A stretch of DNA of 21,515 nt from an archaeon (lineage in GTDB: Archaea > B1Sed10-29 > JAJSAI01). A model generated the notes under the pieces. That model did not search any database. It had not been told where the DNA came from and saw only the letters and a program-made list of their open reading frames with translations. Numbering within the stretch: the stretch's first letter is position 1; each line of letters starts with the position of its first letter. The DNA is taken from assembly GCA_024274695.1 (NCBI GenBank), contig JAJSAI010000030.1, positions 1 through 21,515 of the forward strand. The letters run 5' to 3'. This document shows, piece after piece, positions 8,262 to 16,379 of this stretch. A program made the position numbers and the translations under genes.

Positions 8262-9125
8262 ATGAGCCTAAGGACCGTGAAAAAGACCGCCGAGAGCATA
8301 AGAAGGCTTGAGATACAAGGGGCCAAAAACATTGCTAAAGCCGCAGTAAAAGCCCTGAAAAAAGTGAAAGAAACGGAGTACAGTGAAGCGGCTTACATTC
8401 TCACAGAGGCCAGGCCCACAGAGCCCATGCTCAGGAACATCCTGAACTACATCTCCCACAAGATGGACGAAGGGTACTCCCTCAAAGAATCAATATCCTT
8501 TGCCACTGACCTCATGAACGCGTCCGAGAAGAGGATAATAGAAGTCGGCAAAGAAAAGATATTCAACAACTACAGGATACTGACCCACTGTCATTCCAGC
8601 ACGGTCATGAGCATACTCAAGAGAGCGTGGGCAGAAGGAAAACGGTTTGAAGTGTTCGCGTGCGAGGCAAGGCCCTTGTACCAGGGGAGGATTACAGCGA
8701 GAGAACTCGTCAAGGCTGGAATACCCGTGACACTCATAGTAGACTCTGCCGCCAGGTACTACATGAACGACTTTGACCTTGTCCTCGTGGGAGGAGACGC
8801 GTTCACCGCAGAGGGATACCTTGTGAACAAAATAGGCACCAGCATGATAGCCCTGGCCGCGCATGAAGCGCTAACAGAATTCGCGACGGCCATTGAACTC
8901 CTCAAGTACGATCCCGTAACAGGAAAAGGAAAGCCAGAACCTATTGAGGAAAGGAACCCGAAGGAAGTGTGGGAAAAGCCTCCGAAGAACGTCAGGATAA
9001 AGAACCCTGCTTTTGATGTTACACCCCCTGACTACATTGACTTCGTGATAACAGACGCGGGGATCACCAACCCGTTCAACGTGCAGCAGCTCGCGAGAGA
9101 AAACTACCCCTGGATGGCAAAGTGA
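8262..9125 (+). CDS. e2b2: Ribose-1,5-bisphosphate isomerase (eIF-2B alpha/beta/delta-like family)
   Basis: LEIQGA, ARPTEP, LTHCHS (catalytic Cys), EARP, VGGD (catalytic Asp), NKIGT and NPAFDVTP. Operonic with AMP phosphorylase. Confidence 0.88.
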   Translation: MSLRTVKKTAESIRRLEIQGAKNIAKAAVKALKKVKETEYSEAAYILTEARPTEPMLRNILNYISHKMDEGYSLKESISFATDLMNASEKRIIEVGKEKIFNNYRILTHCHSSTVMSILKRAWAEGKRFEVFACEARPLYQGRITARELVKAGIPVTLIVDSAARYYMNDFDLVLVGGDAFTAEGYLVNKIGTSMIALAAHEALTEFATAIELLKYDPVTGKGKPEPIEERNPKEVWEKPPKNVRIKNPAFDVTPPDYIDFVITDAGITNPFNVQQLARENYPWMAK

Positions 9126-9131
9126 GGGAAC

Positions 9132-9422
9132 ATGGAGACAGAGATAATAGAAACAAAAAAAGGCGCTGCCCTCGGGATAAAGATAATGCTGAGGAAAGCC
9201 CCTCTCCTCATAATACGCGCTGAAAAAGGGTACCTGGCGTGCGGTTACTTCAATCCCAACACGATAGAACTCCTGGAAGACAGGGCAGCGATAATCCCGC
9301 ACGTCTCAAGCTTTGAGGAAATGCTCTCCAAAAAACCCTCTTACGTGAGCAGGGAAGCCAGAAAGCTCGGGGCAAGGCTTAACATGACAGGGAGGGAAAT
9401 ACTTGAAATATTCACAGGATAG
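9132..9422 (+). CDS. YunC / DUF1805 family protein
   Basis: APLLIIRAEKGYLACGYFN..AAII..VSSFEEML..VS.EA.KLG..MTGREIL. Confidence 0.88.
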   Translation: METEIIETKKGAALGIKIMLRKAPLLIIRAEKGYLACGYFNPNTIELLEDRAAIIPHVSSFEEMLSKKPSYVSREARKLGARLNMTGREILEIFTG

Positions 9423-9423
9423 G

Positions 9424-10980
9424 ATGACCCTTGAACTAACCGCCAAGAAAATGGACCTCTTCTCAGGAGGCAAGAAAATAATCGTGCTTAACAGTAAGGA
9501 CGCCGAGTTCTTTGACCTGAAGCCCATGGACAGGGTAAGGGTGTGGCATGATCACAAGAGCGTGATCGCGATAATAGACATTTCAGAAAAGTTCGTGAAA
9601 AAAGGAAGCGCAGGATGCTTTGAAGAAGTTTACAAGTCTCTCGGGCTGAAACAGGGTGACAAGATAAGAATAGAGCCCGTGCCAAAACCGGAAAGCGTGA
9701 GGCTCATCAAGAACAAGATGGACGGGCACGTTCTAACAAGCCAGGAAATTGACATGATAATCAGGGACGTGATGGAAGAAAAGCTTTCGGACATAGAGCT
9801 CACCGCGTTCATGACCAGCGTTTACATAAGAGGCCTTACAGACAACGAGACGGTCAGCCTGACGAAAAGCATAGTAAACTCTGGCACGACACTCAAGCTC
9901 AAGAAGGACATAATCCTGGACAAGCACTGCATAGGAGGAGTCCCCGGGAACAGGACCACCATGCTCATAGTCCCCATAATCGCCGCCTATGGTATGACTA
10001 TACCAAAGACAAGCAGCAGGGCAATAACAAGCCCCGCGGGAACCGCTGACGTGATGGAAGTGCTCGCTCCCGTCTCACTAAAAGAGGACGAGATAGAAAA
10101 AGTGGTGAACAAGGCGAACGGGTGCATAGTATGGGGAGGTGCGGTGAACCTAGCGGCCGCTGACGACAAGCTCATCAGGGTCAGAACACCCCTCAGCCTT
10201 GACCCGCACGGAGTGCTCCTCGCGTCTATCCTGGCCAAGAAAAAAGCGGTGGGCGCGACTCACGTTCTGATAGACATCCCAATAGGACGGGGAGCCAAGG
10301 TACCTGACGAAGAAAGCGCGAGAGAACTGGCCAGAGACTTTATGAGCATAGGCTCACAGCTTGACATGAGCATACACTGTATCATAACTCCAGGGTACGA
10401 TCCCGTGGGAGCAGCAGTAGGGCCCGCACTGGAAGCCAGAGAAATCCTGAGGATACTGTCAGGAGAAAGGGTGAGCCAAGACCTCAGGGACAAAGCAGTC
10501 ATCATGAGCGGTAGGCTCCTGAAAATGAGCGGAAAACTATCGCAAGAAGAAGGAGAGAAGATCGCCGAGAAGATGATCTCCTCAGGAAAGGCCCTCAAAA
10601 AACTTAGGGAGATAATAGAACTCCAAGGAGGAAACCCGAACGTTTCACCCGAGGACATAGAAGTGGGAGAAAAGAAAGTCACAGTAAAAGCCCACAGGAG
10701 CGGCAGGATACACTACATCAACACCAGGTCAATAACCGCGATAGCAAGAGCGGCTGGGGCCCCGAAAACAAAAGGGGCGGGAGTTTACTTGTACATAGAA
10801 AAAGGAGACAAGCTAAAGAAGGGACAGCCCATGTTCACGATCTACGCTGAAAGCGAGCAAAAGCTTGATGTGGCCCTGGACGTCATGCAGAAGATGCCTC
10901 CAGTAGAATTCGAGAAGGTGGTCCTTGAGGAAATGTCCTCAGAGAACGAGTTCAAGCCGTACATGCTCGAATTCCACTAG
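9424..10980 (+). CDS. deoA: AMP phosphorylase (archaeal thymidine phosphorylase-like family)
   Basis: N-terminal extra domain, DKHCIGGVPGNRTT, IPKTSSRAITSPAGTAD, ASILAKKKAVG, GPALEA and ARAAGAP. ATG 9424 directly follows the YunC stop. Confidence 0.95.
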   Translation: MTLELTAKKMDLFSGGKKIIVLNSKDAEFFDLKPMDRVRVWHDHKSVIAIIDISEKFVKKGSAGCFEEVYKSLGLKQGDKIRIEPVPKPESVRLIKNKMDGHVLTSQEIDMIIRDVMEEKLSDIELTAFMTSVYIRGLTDNETVSLTKSIVNSGTTLKLKKDIILDKHCIGGVPGNRTTMLIVPIIAAYGMTIPKTSSRAITSPAGTADVMEVLAPVSLKEDEIEKVVNKANGCIVWGGAVNLAAADDKLIRVRTPLSLDPHGVLLASILAKKKAVGATHVLIDIPIGRGAKVPDEESARELARDFMSIGSQLDMSIHCIITPGYDPVGAAVGPALEAREILRILSGERVSQDLRDKAVIMSGRLLKMSGKLSQEEGEKIAEKMISSGKALKKLREIIELQGGNPNVSPEDIEVGEKKVTVKAHRSGRIHYINTRSITAIARAAGAPKTKGAGVYLYIEKGDKLKKGQPMFTIYAESEQKLDVALDVMQKMPPVEFEKVVLEEMSSENEFKPYMLEFH

Positions 10981-12065
10981 AACAGGAACTCTCCTCCCAC
11001 CATCACGTGCTCCACACCCCTGTCGCCGAGCAGTATCTGCTTAAGGCTCTTTGCTCGGGACAGGACAAGGTCAGCGTGCCAGCCCTCCTTCACCCTGCCT
11101 GTTCTCGGGATAACTCCTGGAGCGCACATTACATCAAAAACCTTGTGCAAGGGAATCTTCAGGCTGTTGTGCAGGAACCGCGCCTCCTGCTTCAGGTCTG
11201 TTGACGTGTTTATGACCGGCTCATCAGTACCCAACCCCAGACCAACACCTCTTCCCAGGAAAGACCTGACAGGGGGTATCCTGGACCCAACGTTCACGTT
11301 GGCCACGGGACATGTTACAACCCACGATCTCCTATCCCTAAGAATCCTGACGTCCTTTTCGGTCACGTAAGTGCAGTGCACCGCGATAGTGTTCCGAGAG
11401 AAAACCCTTAGGCTGTCAAGGTACTGAACACTCGTCCAACCCTCAAGCCAGGAGGGGACAGGGGCCTCGGCAACGTGCACCTGCAGGCCAGCGTTCCTTT
11501 TCCCTGCCGCGAGCACCACCTTTTCTATCAGGCTCTTGCTCGTTTCCCTCTCGTTCGCAATCCCGTAGTCAGGGGTTACCCTCTCGTACTTTGAAGCTAT
11601 CCTGAAGAGCCTCTCGTTCTCAAGAAACGTTCTCCTGTTTTTTACCGCGATAGCAAGCCTCGCCCGCATTCCCGAGTCAGAGTAAGCTCTCGCGATGGGC
11701 CTGGAGTGAAGGCTCATATTGCACGCCCTGGTTATTCCTTCCAGGAGCATTTTCTTGCAGAACGAGAGAGTATCCCAGTAGAGCTGCTCTCTTGTCACCC
11801 TCTTTTCCAGCCTGAAGAGCTCCTGAAAGTACTCCGGATACCCCTTCCCTATGCCCTTCCCGGCAAAGGAGTGCATGTGAGCGTGCACGTGCGCGTTGCA
11901 GAAGCCGGGGAAGACCGCGTTAGATTGGATCCTCTCGTATCCCCTCGGGCGCAGGAGCTTCCTGGAAACTTCTGTTATGAGCCCGTGCTCAACGAGGACA
12001 GTGCCCTTGAACGGCTTTTCACCTGGAGAGTATACTCTAGCATGGATGACGTACTCCTCTGGCAT
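10977..12065 (-). CDS. Metal-dependent amidohydrolase (MTA/SAH or nucleoside deaminase-like)
   Basis: PGFCNAHVH, HVAE, AVHC, CPVAN, LGTD and GRVKEGWHADLV. Confidence 0.85.
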   Translation of the reverse strand: MPEEYVIHARVYSPGEKPFKGTVLVEHGLITEVSRKLLRPRGYERIQSNAVFPGFCNAHVHAHMHSFAGKGIGKGYPEYFQELFRLEKRVTREQLYWDTLSFCKKMLLEGITRACNMSLHSRPIARAYSDSGMRARLAIAVKNRRTFLENERLFRIASKYERVTPDYGIANERETSKSLIEKVVLAAGKRNAGLQVHVAEAPVPSWLEGWTSVQYLDSLRVFSRNTIAVHCTYVTEKDVRILRDRRSWVVTCPVANVNVGSRIPPVRSFLGRGVGLGLGTDEPVINTSTDLKQEARFLHNSLKIPLHKVFDVMCAPGVIPRTGRVKEGWHADLVLSRAKSLKQILLGDRGVEHVMVGGEFLF

Positions 12066-12071
12066 GCAAGA

Positions 12072-12662
12072 TCACTTTTTAATGTATTCCTTCAGTAGCC
12101 GGGGAAAGCTCTCTGCATCAATGAACCTTATCCCCCATTTTTTGGCCCACTCTTTTATCCCCTGGTCCTTGGAAACAACGCCCGCGTTAAGTTCCTTGGC
12201 GAGGAAGAGTATGTCAAGGTCCTCTTTTGAGTCCACGATCCCTTTTCTCATCACGGTCCTGAACTTGTCCCTGAGTTCCCTTATCACGACATCGTCCGGC
12301 CGGTCCACTCCCCTGCTCAGGACCGCTTTTTCAGATTCTCTGAGCGCCTTGTTCATCCGGTTCCTTATCTCCGAAATGTACTCGTAGACGAATTCCGCGG
12401 GCACCATCAGCTCCCTGCGGGACGGGGCCTTCTGAACGAGCCAGGCGTCAAGCTTGCGTATGAGCCTGTCAGAGTATCCTGAGCGTTCAAGCATGGACTT
12501 GAGCTCTTCCCAGACGCTGGGAGGAGTATAGCACGTGATGTTCGCGTCCTTCGCCTTACTGATCAATTTCACAAGGTTTTTCACGTGCTTAACGGTCTCC
12601 CTTTTAGACTGGCCAGGAGCCGTGAACGCGCTGGTGTCAAGCACGAACCGCTGTTTCCTCAT
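12072..12662 (-). CDS. HARP, RNA-free ribonuclease P (Aq_880/MJ0950 PIN-like family)
   Basis: RFVLDTSAFT, YTPPSV, KAPSR, IRNRMNKALRESE and LRDKFR..RKGIVDSKEDLD..LAKEL..VVSKDQGI..WA. Confidence 0.92.
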   Translation of the reverse strand: MRKQRFVLDTSAFTAPGQSKRETVKHVKNLVKLISKAKDANITCYTPPSVWEELKSMLERSGYSDRLIRKLDAWLVQKAPSRRELMVPAEFVYEYISEIRNRMNKALRESEKAVLSRGVDRPDDVVIRELRDKFRTVMRKGIVDSKEDLDILFLAKELNAGVVSKDQGIKEWAKKWGIRFIDAESFPRLLKEYIKK

Positions 12663-12683
12663 GAGAGAACAAAAGGAGGAGAG

Positions 12684-12699
12684 GGTTAAAAAAGATTTG
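12684..12699 (-). promoter_or_regulatory. Probable TATA element for the HARP-amidohydrolase unit
   Basis: CAAATCTTTTTTAACC lies about 22 nt before ATG 12662. Confidence 0.5.
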
Positions 12700-12710
12700 T
12701 CCCTCTTCAG

Positions 12711-13223
12711 TCAGATGATCCACTCAAATAGTTCTTCTGGAGTTTTCCTTTTAGGCCTCTCGGGATTCTCCGCGGGCACGCCTATGGGGATCACGGCAAC
12801 AGGTGTTCCCCCTGCCTTTACCAGTTCTTTTACTCTTGAGGGACTGAAAGCACCTACCCAAACGCTCCCGTACCCCAGGGCGGTCGCAGCCAACTGCGCG
12901 TAGGCTGCTGCTATGGTAGCGTCCTGGACAGCGTACAGTCTCCTCCCCCTTTCACCATACTCTCTCCCGCTTTCCTCAGGAAGGGCTGAAAAGACGAGGA
13001 CCACAGGAGCCTGTGCCACGAAATCCTGGCCGTAGCATGCTTCCGCGAGCTCCCTTCTGACAGCGTCTCTCGTCACCACGTGAACCTCGTACGCCTGAAG
13101 GTTCCCTGCCGAAGGGGCTAACCGCACGGCTTCCAGGATCCGCTCAACATGCTCCCTGGGAACAGGATCCTCTTCAAACTCTCTCACGTAAACCCTTTTT
13201 TCAACCGTTTCAAAGAAGTCCAT
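12711..13223 (-). CDS. Nitroreductase family FMN-dependent oxidoreductase
   Basis: MDFFETVEKR, APSAGNLQ, QAPVVLV, QDATIAAAY..LAATALGYGSVWVGAF and IPIG. Start is ATG 13223. Confidence 0.92.
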   Translation of the reverse strand: MDFFETVEKRVYVREFEEDPVPREHVERILEAVRLAPSAGNLQAYEVHVVTRDAVRRELAEACYGQDFVAQAPVVLVFSALPEESGREYGERGRRLYAVQDATIAAAYAQLAATALGYGSVWVGAFSPSRVKELVKAGGTPVAVIPIGVPAENPERPKRKTPEELFEWII

Positions 13224-13240
13224 ACAACAGGAAAAGCACA

Positions 13241-13256
13241 GAAACTTTTTTAAACC
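13241..13256. promoter_or_regulatory. TATA element shared by 5S rRNA (+) and nitroreductase (-)
   Basis: GAAACTTTTTTAAACC. The TTTAAA core reads on both strands and is about 23-26 nt from each gene start. Confidence 0.5.
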
Positions 13257-13276
13257 TGTTGGGAAGAATATTTTAC

Positions 13277-13394
13277 GCTTGGCGGCCACAGCGGGCGGGA
13301 AACACCCGGTCTCTTTCCGAACCCGGAAGTTAAGCCGCCCAGCGATCCTGCGTGTACTGCCCTGTTGGGCGGGAAAGCAGGGACGCTGCCAAGC
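13277..13394 (+). rRNA. rrf: 5S ribosomal RNA (stand-alone)
   Basis: Helix I GCTTGGCGGC/GCTGCCAAGC, conserved CCGAACCCGGAAGTTAAGCC, helix II GCGGGCGG/CCGCCCAGC, and loop E GTACT...GGGAAA. Confidence 0.96.
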
Positions 13395-13396
13395 AC

Positions 13397-13413
13397 TTTA
13401 AAAAACTTTTTTT
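13397..13413 (+). terminator. Oligo-T terminator after 5S rRNA
   Basis: T7 run at 13407-13413 just downstream of the 5S 3' end. Confidence 0.55.
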
Positions 13414-13447
13414 GACAGGAAAACAAAAGGAGAAAGAAGAGAGGTTT

Positions 13448-14800
13448 TCAGAAGGGCTGGTATTCTTCTTCCATTCCTGTCTCTTCTTCCTCGGGCATTT
13501 CCAGTTCTTCCTCGGGCTTCTTCCTGATCATCCTGAATGCTGCTAACAGGATAACAAGAACAGCAACCCCTATTCCCACGTACAACAGGGTGTTGTCAGC
13601 CTGCTGTTCCTGCCCCTGCCCGGCACCCTCCTGCTCAGGCTTTTTGATCAGCAGGTCGTTCTTGTTTGCTCTCGGGTTTTCTGCGAGGATGCTGATGTTG
13701 TACTTTGACTCTGCTCCTGACCTCAGGGCAAGAGCTTCTGCAGCGAGAACACCGGCTATTTGTTTTGCGGTAGTGTCCTTGATCTTGTCGTAGCATTCTT
13801 TCGCCAGCAGGATCGTGTCAGCCGCTTCTGAATCCGGCTGGGACAGCGCTAGGGTTATGTACTCCTTCGCGCACTTGTAGTAACTGTCTTCTCTTACTTT
13901 CTTGCCCTCCTCGGTTTTGTCGTACGCTAGACAGTCCCCTGCCTTTTCGTAGGCCGCGCCTGACTCAGCGTACTTTCCGACCTGATCGTAGATGTTGGCG
14001 GCGGTAGCGTAGTGCTCCCAGCACTTCTGCATTTCAAGGGTGGCTCTCGGCTTCGGGTAACAGGACCCGGCCCCCTCGTAGTACTCCGCGCTTTTGCTCC
14101 CGGGGGTCAGGCCGATGGCCTTCTGGAAAGCTTGCTCGCACTTCTCAGAATCCTTAGCATAGTCCCTGTAGCATGCTCCGGCAGCAGAATAGTTCTGCGC
14201 TGCCTTGGAGGGATAGGTTGATTTTATGAGGTCCCCTAGTTCTTCGTACACGGGGCACAAGTCTTCTTTCACGTTCCCCTTCACACCGTACTCCACGGCC
14301 AGCTGGTAGTACTCCAGCGCGGTGCTGGGCTCATCATTCTGGACAGCTGTGGCAGCAGCCTGTCTCGCGGCCTCGAACGCGTCATCATCACTTCCAGCAT
14401 CCCTGTAGCACTCGAATGAGGTGATATACGCAGAAACCGCGTTGTCAAGATCACCCTCTGCAAGGTATAGTGACGCGGCCTGCATTGCCTCGTCACCACA
14501 GGACCTCGGCCTGTCCGCCCGGTAGTACTGGGCCGCCTGCATGTAGTCCGCGGCGGCAGGAAGGTTCTCTCCTGCGTGAACCCAGTTCTCTGCAGCCAGC
14601 ACGTAGTACTGGGCAGCCTGAGTGTTCTTGCCCTCGTCAGCATAGCACTCGGCTGCCTGCTCGTACGCTGACGCCGCCCCAGAATAGTCTGACAAGGACA
14701 ACGCGTTTTCAGCGTTCTCTATGTACTGAGGGCAGACAGAAGCGGCCGCTCCCACGCCGAAAAACAGGATTATCATGAACACAGTCCACTGGATTCTCAT
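13448..14800 (-). CDS. Secreted, C-terminally membrane-anchored TPR/SNAP-like alpha-solenoid protein with 12 Cys
   Basis: Signal peptide MRIQWTVFMIILFFGVGAAA, repeated A..Y..AA..Y helices, Q/G/E linker, TM LLYVGIGVAVLVILLAAF, RMIRKK and an acidic tail. SD-like GGTGGTGA precedes ATG 14800. Confidence 0.85.
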   Translation of the reverse strand: MRIQWTVFMIILFFGVGAAASVCPQYIENAENALSLSDYSGAASAYEQAAECYADEGKNTQAAQYYVLAAENWVHAGENLPAAADYMQAAQYYRADRPRSCGDEAMQAASLYLAEGDLDNAVSAYITSFECYRDAGSDDDAFEAARQAAATAVQNDEPSTALEYYQLAVEYGVKGNVKEDLCPVYEELGDLIKSTYPSKAAQNYSAAGACYRDYAKDSEKCEQAFQKAIGLTPGSKSAEYYEGAGSCYPKPRATLEMQKCWEHYATAANIYDQVGKYAESGAAYEKAGDCLAYDKTEEGKKVREDSYYKCAKEYITLALSQPDSEAADTILLAKECYDKIKDTTAKQIAGVLAAEALALRSGAESKYNISILAENPRANKNDLLIKKPEQEGAGQGQEQQADNTLLYVGIGVAVLVILLAAFRMIRKKPEEELEMPEEEETGMEEEYQPF

Positions 14801-14838
14801 GCTCACCACCGTAGAGTGAATAAAAAGAGGCTCCCGGG

Positions 14839-14853
14839 TTTTAAAAGGGTTTC
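14839..14853 (-). promoter_or_regulatory. BRE/TATA promoter for the solenoid gene
   Basis: GAAACCCTTTTAAAA lies about 40 nt upstream of ATG 14800. Confidence 0.55.
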
Positions 14854-14879
14854 GATGAAGGGGTAATGGCCTGCGCTGG

Positions 14880-15749
14880 TCAGGACTCAAGGATTATCCT
14901 GCTCATGTGAATCCCGGAAAATGCTATGAACATGAGCGCAGTATAGACGGAAAGAACTCCTCCGCCCGCCCACAAGTACTTAAGGTGAGGGTCCTGAAGA
15001 ACAAAACCAGCCAGGGGAAGCAGAGAGCCCACCAGGACCACTGAGAGGAGCGACAGCCTCACCATGGCCAGGCAGAACATGCGCGAGCTCTTGACAGAAC
15101 GTGCTACGGGGACTATCATCACAGACAAGGAAAGGAAAACGAACAGCACGCTGGTCACAAGATTCTGCCCGATGGAACCTCCTGCGGTCACCAGGGACGC
15201 GTTCGCAAGCGCTCCGGCCAGCACTATACCGAACAGGGTCTTGTGCACCAGCCAGGGCGTTCTCCCTTCAAAGAGTGTGCCCACTCCAACCAGCAGGAAG
15301 AACACTCCTGTGAGCAGGCTGTAGCCCAGGAGGTCAGCTCCTGCGAGCGCGCCTAAGAAAAGGAGGACGGATGCCGCCAGGAGTACGACGGCAGCGTGCC
15401 TGAAGAGCCCTTTAGTCTCTCCTGAAACGCACAGGATCTTCCCGGAAGAAAGCGCGAGCTTGGCGGAGTACAAGTAAAATGAGGAAACGAGCCCCGTGAG
15501 CCCCGACAACAGCAGCAGGCTGACATCCACTAACGCTACCACTGACTCTCCCTCCTCCGAGAGCGCGTAGACAAGGGACGCTGACGCCGTAAGACCGAGC
15601 ACGGACAGGGACACGGTCATCCACTTGCTAGCGTTCCCGAGGAAAGAGCCTCTAACGCAAAAAAAGAACATCGCGTAAAAGAGTGCTGTTGCCAGCACCA
15701 TTCCAGAGCCCGAAACCCATGCAAGGAAGATCCAAAAGTCCATTCTCAT
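14880..15749 (-). CDS. Polytopic membrane protein (about 8-9 TM), unknown function
   Basis: Almost entirely hydrophobic helices. Its start overlaps the upstream stop (ATGA, 15746-15749). Confidence 0.75.
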   Translation of the reverse strand: MRMDFWIFLAWVSGSGMVLATALFYAMFFFCVRGSFLGNASKWMTVSLSVLGLTASASLVYALSEEGESVVALVDVSLLLLSGLTGLVSSFYLYSAKLALSSGKILCVSGETKGLFRHAAVVLLAASVLLFLGALAGADLLGYSLLTGVFFLLVGVGTLFEGRTPWLVHKTLFGIVLAGALANASLVTAGGSIGQNLVTSVLFVFLSLSVMIVPVARSVKSSRMFCLAMVRLSLLSVVLVGSLLPLAGFVLQDPHLKYLWAGGGVLSVYTALMFIAFSGIHMSRIILES

Positions 15750-16339
15750 CCTACCTCCAGTGTTTTGTCAGCGAGGGTTGCGAGAAGGTTCCGTATTTTT
15801 TGACTGCCCGCGAGGGGTATTGAAAAGAGGATCACCAGAGCATTCTTTTTCCTCACGTTGGAGAGGAGACGGTACAAGAACTTCATTACGTCCCGTTCCG
15901 AGTTGTAAACCGGGAGCACTGCCACGGAGTCAATTATTATAGTGATCCCTTTTGCTGCCAGCGCCGAGATCTTTGTTATCAGCTCGTTAAGATTGGCAGG
16001 AGACTTTACGATCAGAGGTCCTTTCCCTGCGGGAGCATTCTCTCCGGGAACAAGCCCTGAGGCAGCGTCAATCACGACGAAGTTCTTCGCCACAGTCTCG
16101 CTCAGGCTGTTGTAAGGTCTTGAGAGCGAAACGAACACTTTCCGCGACTTCTTCTCCAGAAGAACGCTCTGAACAACCTCTTCCAAAACAGCACTGTACT
16201 CTGACACGTTGTTCACGACTATCAGAACCACGTTAAGCCCTTCTTTCAGACTTTTCCTGAACTCCTCGCGGGTGAACGCGGCAGAAGAACTGTGAAAAAA
16301 CCCGGTTGTCTTAACATCCTCGCGGGTGCTCTCGCTCAT
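15746..16339 (-). CDS. Degenerate KaiC/RecA-like domain protein lacking Walker A
   Basis: VFVSLSRPY, FVVIDA, SPANLNEL, IIIDSVAVLPVYN and LATLADKTLEV match inactivated KaiC-like domains. No GxxGxGK[ST]. Start ATG 16339 follows a TATA element. Confidence 0.7.
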   Translation of the reverse strand: MSESTREDVKTTGFFHSSSAAFTREEFRKSLKEGLNVVLIVVNNVSEYSAVLEEVVQSVLLEKKSRKVFVSLSRPYNSLSETVAKNFVVIDAASGLVPGENAPAGKGPLIVKSPANLNELITKISALAAKGITIIIDSVAVLPVYNSERDVMKFLYRLLSNVRKKNALVILFSIPLAGSQKIRNLLATLADKTLEVG

Positions 16340-16364
16340 CTGAGAGCATAGAAAACCGTAAGGG

Positions 16365-16379
16365 CATATAAAAGTTTTC
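16365..16379 (-). promoter_or_regulatory. BRE/TATA promoter of the KaiC-like/membrane pair
   Basis: GAAAACTTTTATATG lies about 25 nt before ATG 16339. Confidence 0.6.

Noticed and set aside
8262-9125. Call as translation factor eIF-2B subunit or methylthioribose-1-phosphate isomerase
   Set aside because: The THCHS motif and the operon with AMP phosphorylase favour R15P isomerase.
13448-13470. C-terminal YQPF as a eukaryote-like YxxPhi sorting signal, or the protein as a true alpha-SNAP
   Set aside because: A four-residue match is expected by chance. The signal peptide puts the solenoid outside the cell, unlike SNAP.
13352-13546. 64-aa plus-strand ORF
   Set aside because: It overlaps the 5S rRNA, its terminator and the antisense of the solenoid gene.
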